64,000 nt of DNA from an uncultured Acidobacteriota bacterium. GTDB lineage: Bacteria > Acidobacteriota > UBA6911. Of this stretch, positions 1 to 7,124 are shown piece after piece. The notes under the pieces were generated by a model. The model did not search any database. It was not told the origin of the DNA and saw only the letters and a list, made by a program, of their open reading frames with translations. The position numbers and the translations under genes were made by a program. How positions within the stretch are numbered: the first letter of the stretch is position 1; every line of letters starts with the position of its first letter. Location of the stretch: contig CAYZTZ010000005.1 of NCBI GenBank assembly GCA_964481255.1, forward strand, positions 4,922-68,921. Direction: 5' to 3'.

Positions 1-243
1 GCCAGTAGCCTGCATCCCCAAATTTTCGACATACGGAAGAAGATTTTGTTGGAACCGGCAGCGAAGCGCACCGATGAATCCGTAAGCTTACGGAAAAATG
101 TGTCGTATGAGTCCATTACGTGGTTATCAAATTCTCAGCTGCTTCTAAAAGGCCGCATGTGGAATTGCATGAATGTTGAAGCCATTGATGAAGTCCCAAT
201 AGAGGCAATTGTTAATCTGGATGACAGCCCGGTTCAGCAATAG
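1..243 (+). CDS. 3' end of an unidentified protein-coding gene entering from upstream of the window (partial)
   Basis: Frame +1 is open from base 1 to TAG at 241-243; track ORF 46..243 is its tail. Visibly AT-richer than the following 33 kb. No motif recognised. Confidence 0.3.
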   Translation, partial: ASSLHPQIFDIRKKILLEPAAKRTDESVSLRKNVSYESITWLSNSQLLLKGRMWNCMNVEAIDEVPIEAIVNLDDSPVQQ

Positions 244-446
244 AGCTTAAATCCCGAACTCATAATATCGTCCTTTAAGAAATCTGATCCAATTCTTGGT
301 TTCCCTCAGGCCGTTTGCAGTGACACGCGATTACAGGCTCTAAAGTTAAAGAATTCCCGAGAGCTTACACAAGAGGACCTTACCGGAAATCCAGGGGCAA
401 ACCCGAGAAAGGGACCGATGGGCAGCCGATTGGACAAAACCGCCGC

Positions 447-530
447 TTGTTTTTCCTGTCGGCCGTGCGACGGGCGGAGGCAGCCGGTTATGACGGCGTT
501 CAACTTCATGCCGCCCGGGGTACGCTCTTC
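447..530 (+). pseudogene. Short relic resembling the Old Yellow Enzyme / NADH:flavin oxidoreductase active-site strand
   Basis: Translation RRAEAAGYDGVQLHAARGTL (468-527) resembles the OYE-family block A..AGFDGVE.H.AHGYL. The resemblance ends where the 33-bp repeat starts. No plausible full-length frame. Confidence 0.25.
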
Positions 531-557
531 AACATCCGGAGTTCGACATTCTGCGGT
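527..557. repeat. Copy A of a ~31-33 bp intergenic repeat (CTTCRACATYCGGAGTTCGACATTCTGCGGT)
   Basis: ttcaacatccggagttcgacattctgcggtc is nearly identical to 6034-6065. It contains an internal direct repeat TTCGACATTC x2 and lies just 3' of pdxA. Confidence 0.6.
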
Positions 558-638
558 CGGGGAGCGACTCTCCTGAACGCATTCGCGATGCGATGCATCG
601 CGCAGGAATCCGGGTATCTTCTGCGCCCCCGGCCTCTA

Positions 639-1652
639 TCAATCGGCCCGGCGCATGAGGCGCAAAGCCCAGAGCATCGCGTGAACCATGCTGTCGGGCC
701 GCGCAACCCCCTTCCCCGCGATATCGAAAGCCGTGCCGTGGTCCACGGAGGTGCGGATAAAAGGGAGCCCCAGCGTCACGTTGACCGCTTCGCCGAAACC
801 CATCAATTTGATCGGCGCCAGGCCCTGATCGTGATACATGGCCAGGATGACATCGAACTCGCCGTTGCCGGCTCTCCAGAACAGGGTGTCTGCGGGAAGC
901 GGCCCCTCGATCGCCGCGTCCGGGAAATCGGCGCGGGCCCTCCGAAGGCCTGGTTCCATGCATTCCGTCTCCTCGGCGCCGAGGATCCCAGATTCCCCCG
1001 CGTGCGGGTTGATCCCCGCGACCGCCACTCTCGAGCAGGGCAGACCCAGGCGCGGGAATTCCGTCAGGATGATGCGGAGTTTCCCATAGATCAGTTCGGG
1101 CGTGATGCTTTGCGCAACGGCGCGCAGAGGGATATGGATGGTCGCGAGCACCACTCTGAGCCGCTCCGTCAGAAAGCCCATGGCGAATTCCGAAACGCCC
1201 GAAAGATGGGCGAGGAATTCGGTGTGGCCCGGATAGGGGTAGCCCGCCTCTTGAAGGAATTTCTTGCTGATGGGCGCCGTGACCATCGCGTCGAGGCATC
1301 CTCTGGCACAGGCGGCGGCGCACTGCAATATATTCCGGGCGGCCGCGGAGCCCGTCGCCGCCGAACCCCTCCCGGCCGGCGCAGGCGCGGCGGGGATGTC
1401 GACGATGCCGAATTCCGGCAGATCCTCCCCCTTTTCAAGCGCTTCGGCGGGAATTCGGTGAAAATCGAACGGTATTCCGAGGTCCCGCGCCCTGGATTCG
1501 AGAATGTCCCAGCCGCCGAAAAGAATTTTACGGCACGATCCCGACAGACGAGGGTCACGGGCGGCACGCAGGGATATTTCCGGGCCGATGCCGGCCGGAT
1601 CCCCCGTTGTGATTCCCAGCCTGGGTGGAATGGTTCGAAGGGAGTTTGGCAA
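639..1652 (-). CDS. pdxA: 4-hydroxythreonine-4-phosphate dehydrogenase PdxA
   Basis: Blocks GITTGDPAGIGPEI, HTEFLA, NPHAGE and DHGTAFDIAGKG are typical of PdxA. Track ORF start 1721 adds an Arg-rich 35-aa extension; TTG at 1652 gives a canonical N-terminus (start uncertain). Confidence 0.85.
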   Translation of the reverse strand: MPNSLRTIPPRLGITTGDPAGIGPEISLRAARDPRLSGSCRKILFGGWDILESRARDLGIPFDFHRIPAEALEKGEDLPEFGIVDIPAAPAPAGRGSAATGSAAARNILQCAAACARGCLDAMVTAPISKKFLQEAGYPYPGHTEFLAHLSGVSEFAMGFLTERLRVVLATIHIPLRAVAQSITPELIYGKLRIILTEFPRLGLPCSRVAVAGINPHAGESGILGAEETECMEPGLRRARADFPDAAIEGPLPADTLFWRAGNGEFDVILAMYHDQGLAPIKLMGFGEAVNVTLGLPFIRTSVDHGTAFDIAGKGVARPDSMVHAMLWALRLMRRAD

Positions 1653-1735
1653 GATTGGCGACGTCCGCCGACAGCCGGGTAGGCGTCCGTTCGTTGCGCG
1701 CGACGCCCCCCTGCCCGGCATGCCGGGAATTCCTT

Positions 1736-2071
1736 TTATTCCATTTGCTCCAGATCCACCTCATCCGGCTCCTGATCCTCGTTCTGCTTGTACATATACT
1801 TGATCACGTGTTTCAGGATGAGAAGATTGGGTGCGTCGCTTCGATGCACCTTTATGCAGTTCTTGTCATACCACTCGATGACGCCCCGAATTTCCTCGCC
1901 GTCGATGAGTTTTACGATCATCGGGGTCTTCGCGGCCATCTGCTTGATATAGTAGTAATTTTCAGCGTTGGTCACTTCCGGCGGCACGCGTTTTCGAGGC
2001 ATCGGAGCATAACGGGGCATCTGATCCTTGATTTCAGACAAACTTGGACGAATTAGTTTTCGGTTCACCAT
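1736..2071 (-). CDS. Hfq-like Sm-fold RNA-binding protein
   Basis: 111 aa. Core [26 protein letters not shown]...LILKHVIKY aligns by eye with Hfq Sm1/Sm2 ([22 protein letters not shown]...YKHAIS). Acidic C-tail. Same strand, directly upstream of pdxA. Confidence 0.55.
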   Translation of the reverse strand: MVNRKLIRPSLSEIKDQMPRYAPMPRKRVPPEVTNAENYYYIKQMAAKTPMIVKLIDGEEIRGVIEWYDKNCIKVHRSDAPNLLILKHVIKYMYKQNEDQEPDEVDLEQME

Positions 2072-2203
2072 TTATAGTCCTCCAAGGGGAGGTGACAAAC
2101 CGGCTGGGCCGATCCTGCGAAAATGATCCCTTTTCAAAAGCACTTAGGAATTAATGAGATCGGTAGGCCGATGCAAGCTTTATTATAAACCGGTGTTGTT
2201 TTT

Positions 2204-2232
2204 TTGACAAGAAAAAAGTAATCCGCTAGATT
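2204..2232 (+). promoter_or_regulatory. Sigma70-type promoter TTGACA-17 nt-TAGATT
   Basis: ttgaca at 2204-2209, 17-nt spacer, tagatt at 2227-2232, in the AT-rich divergent gap between the Hfq-like gene and the TPR gene. Confidence 0.5.
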
Positions 2233-2238
2233 GTTCAT

Positions 2239-2709
2239 GTGTCTGTTCAAGTCCGCGAATCCGATACGCCGACGGCAAAAAGGGCCCTTCTCTGCCTTGC
2301 CGGCCTGGTTGTTTTCCTTCCGCCCCTGAGTCTCGAATCCTTCCCTCAATCCGGCCCGTCCCGAAAGCCCGCGCTTATCCGGGACACGGCCGCGGCGGAG
2401 GAAAAGGAAGAGGCCGAGGCCGAGCCGACGAAGGAATACAACCCCATGCTGGCCGAGCAAAATATCTCTATCGGAAACTTCTACCTGAAACGGAAGAACT
2501 ATGGCGCGGCGATCCAGAGATTTATTTCGGCATTGGAATACCAGCCGGATTCCGTCCCGGCCTGGGAAGCTTTAGCCCGTACTTACGAGAAGAGCGGGGA
2601 TCGCGCCAAGGCCATCCAGACCTACCGGGATTTTATAGAAAAAAACCCGGACTCGCCGAAATCGGCCCAATTCCGCGCCAGGCTGGCCAAGCTGGAAAAG
2701 AAGCCCTGA
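2239..2709 (+). CDS. Small exported TPR-repeat protein
   Basis: Hydrophobic N-terminal segment (ALLCLAGLVVFLPP) followed by TPR-like repeats (GNFYLKRKNYGAAIQRFISALEYQPD, AWEALARTYEKSGDRAKAIQTYRDFIEKNPD). GTG start at 2239 is uncertain. Confidence 0.6.
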   Translation: MSVQVRESDTPTAKRALLCLAGLVVFLPPLSLESFPQSGPSRKPALIRDTAAAEEKEEAEAEPTKEYNPMLAEQNISIGNFYLKRKNYGAAIQRFISALEYQPDSVPAWEALARTYEKSGDRAKAIQTYRDFIEKNPDSPKSAQFRARLAKLEKKP

Positions 2710-2727
2710 AGCAAGCGTCCGCCGCCT

Positions 2728-3831
2728 TCACGGACGCAGCGTCCCGGATTCGCCGGGAGAACCCCTGGTCAGGGCAATGAAAACGGCCTCCAGCGCCAGC
2801 TGACGGTTCACATTGACCCGCAGATCGTTCCTGAGTTTCGCAAAAGCCTCGATCGCGGCGACCACCGTCGACCGAGGCACGGCGCGGGCCAGCGGCTTCA
2901 GTTCGTCTGCGAGATCCCTCTGCCCGACGCGCCCGGGCCATATGGCGGCATAGTAGATATCCTGCAGGAGCGCCGTCGCGGCCTCCAGCCAGGCTTGAAA
3001 GATCTGCTTCTCTTTTGTCGCCCGCGCGATCAGGGCGCTCGCATCCGAAAAGCTTCCGCGCCTGAAGATCAGGCTCATGAACCGAAGAGCCTGTTGCCGA
3101 ATCTCCCGGTACTGCTGCGTGTTGAGATCAAGGGCGGCCGCGAGGCTTCCCCCGCTGAGGGCGGCCGCGAGACGCGCTTCCTCCGGCGCGCGACCCTCAT
3201 AGTCCACGAGATACCTCTCAATCTGATCCTGGGGGATTCCGCCGAACTGCAGTATTCGCGAGCGCGAACGGATCGTCTCCAGCAACATGTACGGGTTCGT
3301 GGTCACAAGGACGAGGACCGTGCGGCTGGGCGGCTCCTCCAGGGTCTTGAGCAGGCTGTTATGCGCCTCGATTTTCATCTGTTCCGCGGGATCGAAAATC
3401 ACCACGCGGCAGCGCGCTTCAAGAGGCTGGAAGGCGATTTCATTAATAAGGTCCCGGACCTGTTCGATGCTGATGGTCGTTTTTTCGGGCTCGACGAGCC
3501 GGATGTCCGGATGGCGCTTCGCCCTGGCCCTGCAGTTCGCGCAGTCGCCGCAAAATCCTTCGCCTTTCAAAGACAGGCATTCCAGGTGCCGTCCCTCGAT
3601 CATCGCCAGGATTCTCCTGCAGGCGGAGCACCTGCCGCAGGCCTCGCCCTGAACGGGAGAAAGGCAGTTCAGGGATTGGGCGACGAGGAGCGCCAGAGTG
3701 CATTTGCCGACTCCCGCGGGTCCCGCGAAAATCATGGCGTGGGGAAGACGGTCCCTCTCCATGGCGCGCTTCAGTATTTCCACCACGCGCGCGTTGCCCA
3801 AAAAGGTTCTCAGGCTCAGGGGAGTTTTCAT
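2728..3831 (-). CDS. holB: DNA polymerase III delta-prime subunit
   Basis: N-terminus LPHAMIFAGPAGVGKCTLALLVAQSLNC with a Cys-rich zinc module (CGRCSACRR) and an AAA+ clamp-loader layout. ATG at 3831 (MKTPLSL) sits 5 nt after the tmk stop; the longer track ORF overlaps tmk. Confidence 0.85.
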   Translation of the reverse strand: MKTPLSLRTFLGNARVVEILKRAMERDRLPHAMIFAGPAGVGKCTLALLVAQSLNCLSPVQGEACGRCSACRRILAMIEGRHLECLSLKGEGFCGDCANCRARAKRHPDIRLVEPEKTTISIEQVRDLINEIAFQPLEARCRVVIFDPAEQMKIEAHNSLLKTLEEPPSRTVLVLVTTNPYMLLETIRSRSRILQFGGIPQDQIERYLVDYEGRAPEEARLAAALSGGSLAAALDLNTQQYREIRQQALRFMSLIFRRGSFSDASALIARATKEKQIFQAWLEAATALLQDIYYAAIWPGRVGQRDLADELKPLARAVPRSTVVAAIEAFAKLRNDLRVNVNRQLALEAVFIALTRGSPGESGTLRP

Positions 3832-3835
3832 TCGG

Positions 3836-4474
3836 TCAGCGATGCCTCGCGATCCATTCGTCGAGCAGAAGCGCGATTCCTGAAAAAACCTCGTCCGGCG
3901 TTCCGGAAGCGCCGATGACGTGGATCCTCGCCGGATAGCGTGAAGCGAGCGCCAGATAGGCTTCCCGGACTCTGCGGTGAAACGCGATATCCTCCGCTTC
4001 AAATCTCCCTTCGGCGGCGGCCGACGGGCTGGCCGCGTTGCGCCGGCGCGCCCTTGAAAGACCCTCCGCGGGGTCCAGATCCAGAAGCACGGTCTTATCC
4101 GGTTCGATGATGCCCAGCAGCCGTCTCAGCTCCTCGACCTCGACTTCCGGGATTCCCCGCGCAGCCCCCTGGTAGGCCCTCGTCGCGTCCTGATAGCGAT
4201 CCGAAAGCACCCATTGACCGCGTCCCAGGGCGGGTTCGATCACTTCCTTCAAATGTTGATATCTGTCTGCAAGATACAGGAGCAGTTCGCACCGCGGCTG
4301 CCTCGGGACCCCGTCGGACGCAAGCAGGACTCGGCGGAGCGCGCGGCCGAATTCCGTGCCGCCGGGCTCCCTGGTGGCGACGCAGTCGATACCCCTCGCC
4401 CGCAGATAGTCGACGGAGCGCCCCAGCTGCAGGCTTTTACCCGATCCCTCCACTCCCTCAAACGTTATAAACAC
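3836..4474 (-). CDS. tmk: Thymidylate kinase
   Basis: MFITFEGVEGSGKS P-loop, DRY motif and ~210 aa length; in an operon with holB. Confidence 0.9.
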   Translation of the reverse strand: MFITFEGVEGSGKSLQLGRSVDYLRARGIDCVATREPGGTEFGRALRRVLLASDGVPRQPRCELLLYLADRYQHLKEVIEPALGRGQWVLSDRYQDATRAYQGAARGIPEVEVEELRRLLGIIEPDKTVLLDLDPAEGLSRARRRNAASPSAAAEGRFEAEDIAFHRRVREAYLALASRYPARIHVIGASGTPDEVFSGIALLLDEWIARHR

Positions 4475-4660
4475 CGAGGATCCTTGCCAGCTTTACAGAA
4501 GGCCGTTAGAATTGCAGTGAATTCGCGCCATGGAGCCGGCTCGGTCCCATAGCATATTCCAGAGTAGCAAAGGGACATCGGCAACTCAACGCGAATCATC
4601 GCGGTTTCCGCAAAATCCGGACTCGCGATTGCACGATGCCAACCGGGAGATTTCCGCCCC

Positions 4661-5362
4661 GTGGACGATATCGCCGTAAACATCCGGGAGGTCCGGGAAA
4701 GAATGGCGAAGGCCGCGGCCGCATGCGGCCGCGACCCGCAGGAGATCACCCTGCTCCCAGTATCCAAGACGTTCCCCGTGGAATCCATTTCAAGGGCGGT
4801 TGCGGCCGGGATCCGTCAGTTCGGAGAAAACCGGGTCCAGGAAGCCGAAGCCAAAATTCTCCATTTCAGGGGCGTCGACGATCTGGAGTGGCACCTGGTC
4901 GGACACCTGCAATCCAATAAGACACGCCGCGCCGCCGAGCTGTTCGACGTGATTCACTCCATCGACAGCGCCAGAGTGGCCGTCCGGCTCGATCAGGCCG
5001 CGAAGGAAAACAGGAAGATCCTTTCCGTCCTGCTGCAGGTCGACCTGGGGTCGGAGGAGACCAAATTCGGCGTACCGCCCGACAAGATCCGGGACCTGGT
5101 CGACGCGGTGTCGGGTCTGAAGCAACTGCGTCTCGACGGACTGATGACAATCCCTCCGTTTTTCGAAAACCCGCAGGAGACACGCCCCTATTTCGCCCGG
5201 TTGCGCCGACTGAGCGAGTCCCTGGAGAGCGAGAGGCCCCGCTGCCTCGGGCGGCGGCATCTGTCGATGGGCATGAGCCATGATTTCGAGGCGGCCATCA
5301 TGGAGGGGGCGACGATAATCAGGGTCGGCACGGCGATTTTCGGGGCGCGTCGGTATGCCTGA
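4661..5362 (+). CDS. yggS: YggS-family pyridoxal-phosphate homeostasis protein
   Basis: LLPVSKT (PLP-binding Lys), HLVGHLQSNK, LSMGMSHDFEAAI and RVGTAIFG blocks. Confidence 0.9.
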   Translation: MDDIAVNIREVRERMAKAAAACGRDPQEITLLPVSKTFPVESISRAVAAGIRQFGENRVQEAEAKILHFRGVDDLEWHLVGHLQSNKTRRAAELFDVIHSIDSARVAVRLDQAAKENRKILSVLLQVDLGSEETKFGVPPDKIRDLVDAVSGLKQLRLDGLMTIPPFFENPQETRPYFARLRRLSESLESERPRCLGRRHLSMGMSHDFEAAIMEGATIIRVGTAIFGARRYA

Positions 5363-5657
5363 AACGCAATTGCAGGTGCGGGAGACAGCGGAGGGGCTGG
5401 AAGTCCGCGTCCATGTCCAGCCACGCGCCGGCCGGCGCGGGATCGCGGGCGTATTCAACGGCGCGCTCAAAGTCAAGGTGACCGCGCCGCCCGTGGACGA
5501 CGCCGCAAACCGCGCGGTTGTGGAGCTTTTTGCGGATCTGCTGGGCATTCCCAAATCCGCCTGCAGGATTCTCTATGGGGAAAAATCACGGGATAAAACT
5601 CTGCTTATCCGCGGCATTTCCATTCAGGATTTTCTCAAGCGAACCCATGCCCTGTGA
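5355..5657 (+). CDS. yggU: DUF167 / YggU-family protein
   Basis: 100 aa. VHVQPRAGRRGI...LKVKVTAPPVDDAANRAVVELFADLLGI pattern of UPF0235. Overlaps the yggS stop by 8 nt. Confidence 0.8.
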   Translation: MPETQLQVRETAEGLEVRVHVQPRAGRRGIAGVFNGALKVKVTAPPVDDAANRAVVELFADLLGIPKSACRILYGEKSRDKTLLIRGISIQDFLKRTHAL

Positions 5658-5706
5658 GATTTTGGTCCCGGGACTCGGAGATAGAGGCCGAATAAGCATG
5701 AGGGTA

Positions 5707-5809
5707 TGTGGAAAACCTGTGAAAAAGCTGTGGAACGAGTACCCTTTATTTATTGCCGCAAAATGATTTAAAGCGCTTTTTCACAAGAGCCCCCGCCCTG
5801 TGGAAAACG
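5707..5809 (+). promoter_or_regulatory. Helically phased direct repeats TGTGRAAAA (3 copies at exact 11-bp spacing, plus a fourth copy 70 bp downstream) flanking an AT-rich tract
   Basis: tgtggaaaacc (5707), tgtgaaaaagc (5718), tgtggaacgag (5729), AT-rich 5741-5786, tgtggaaaacg (5799). Each is one mismatch or so from the reverse-complement DnaA box TGTGNATAA. Lies in a 500-bp gene-free convergent gap. Confidence 0.35.
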
Positions 5810-6033
5810 TGCGTGGGAGGAGGCGTTGGTTTAACAGAAGCCGGAGTGCGTCTTCTCCCCCCGCTCTTACGCAACCGGGAAGAAAGGCACGCGAAGCACC
5901 CGGTCAAGGAGCTTCGCCCCCTGAAATCCCCGCAAAGTGCCGGGGCCCCGGAGCATCGGGTGGGTCCTGCAGGCTGGAAGATCTCAAATCCCCAATATTT
6001 TTCCCCCGGGTGAAAATGCCGCACCGTACGCAC

Positions 6034-6065
6034 TTCGACATTCGGAGTTCGACATTCTGCGGTTC
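6034..6065. repeat. Copy B of the ~33-bp intergenic repeat
   Basis: ttcgacattcggagttcgacattctgcggttc. Looser similarity to copy A extends about 20 bp upstream (atgccgc..tacgc). Confidence 0.6.
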
Positions 6066-6157
6066 AGAAGGCTTATGAATCAAGAATAGCGCCGGACGCG
6101 GTCCCGCCTCCTTGAGTCGCCGGCAACCTCAAGGCAGGCGGCTTTGCCTGTGGACGC

Positions 6158-6889
6158 CTAATCCGGAAGCAGGCGGACCACGACGACGGTCACGTTGTCC
6201 GGCCCGCCGCCGGAGTTCGCCGCCGAAACGAGCATGTCGCTTATATCCTGAGGGCTTTGGGTCTTGATCGAAAGTATTTCCAGAATCTCACGGTCGGTGA
6301 GGACGTCGGTCAGACCGTCCGAGCAGACGAGGTAAATGTCCCCTTCCTTCGCGTCGCCGGCCTGCAGGTCCGCCTCCACTTCGGAGTGGGTGCCGATGGA
6401 ACGGGTAATCAGATTCTTTTGCGGATGCCGGGAGATATCGTCCTTCGAAATAACGCCGCTTTCGAACAGCGGCCAGACAAGGGAATGATCCTGCGTCAGC
6501 TGGCGAAGGACCCCGTCCCTGAGGAGGTACGCCCGAGAATCCCCAACCTGGGCGACAAAGTAGCGCCCGCCGCGGAAAGCCAGCACGGTCAGCGTGCTGC
6601 CCATGCCGCGGCATTCGGGCTGCACCCTCTGTGTTTCAAAAACACGGGCGTTGGCCAGCTTCACCGCGATCTGCAGGAGGGCGTCCATCTCGTCGTGGTT
6701 CCCGGCGCCGCCCGACACCACTTCCTCCACGGTCGAGGCGGTGATTCTGCTCGCGATTTCCCCGGCGGCGTGTCCGCCCATTCCGTCGGCAACGATGAAA
6801 AAGCCTCCGGTGCCGTCGGCGACACAGGCGTCTTCGTTCGATGTCCGAACCCTTCCCTGATCGCTGCGAATTCCGTATTCGATACGCAC
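6158..6889 (-). CDS. PP2C-family Ser/Thr protein phosphatase
   Basis: RTSNEDA, ADGMGGHAAGEIAS, VCSDGL and GGPDNVTVVVV motifs; 243 aa. Confidence 0.9.
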   Translation of the reverse strand: MRIEYGIRSDQGRVRTSNEDACVADGTGGFFIVADGMGGHAAGEIASRITASTVEEVVSGGAGNHDEMDALLQIAVKLANARVFETQRVQPECRGMGSTLTVLAFRGGRYFVAQVGDSRAYLLRDGVLRQLTQDHSLVWPLFESGVISKDDISRHPQKNLITRSIGTHSEVEADLQAGDAKEGDIYLVCSDGLTDVLTDREILEILSIKTQSPQDISDMLVSAANSGGGPDNVTVVVVRLLPD

Positions 6890-7124
6890 TTTGCGGCTCC
6901 AAAACGCAATGGGGCTGGAATAAGCGTCCCGGGGCCGTCCTGGAAGGAAAAGAACCCCTCCCGGCCCCTAAGGACTGAATTATGTTACTCCGCCGCCTTC
7001 ATCTTCCAGACCATTAATTGTATTCCGTCGGCCCGGATCCTCCGCAGCGCCGGGCTTTGATATCCGGATGCAGCGGCTCCAGCCTATGTTATCATTTATG
7101 TTTTAGGTTCTTTCGAGGAAATTC

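Noticed and set aside
447-1682. Long ORFs 447..1682 (+, 411 aa), 529..1323 (-), 1169..1567 (-) and others overlapping pdxA
   Set aside because: They are Arg/Pro/Gly-rich, low-complexity translations typical of off-frame and antisense ORFs in GC-rich DNA. pdxA on the minus strand explains the region with clear family motifs.
2728-4002. N-terminal extensions of track ORFs for holB (to 4002), the M16 peptidase (to 16529), rlmN (from 15648), mtaB (to 29463), galU (to 32188) and GRE1 (from 34893)
   Set aside because: The extensions overlap neighbouring genes or add non-homologous, low-complexity sequence. Internal ATGs give canonical N-termini and sensible operon spacing.
5753-6078. ORFs 5753..6013 (+, 86 aa) and 5800..6078 (+, 92 aa) in the yggU-PP2C gap as small proteins
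   Set aside because: They have no RBS and a biased G/P/R composition, and they overlap each other in different frames. The region is better treated as non-coding (see the phased-repeat finding).
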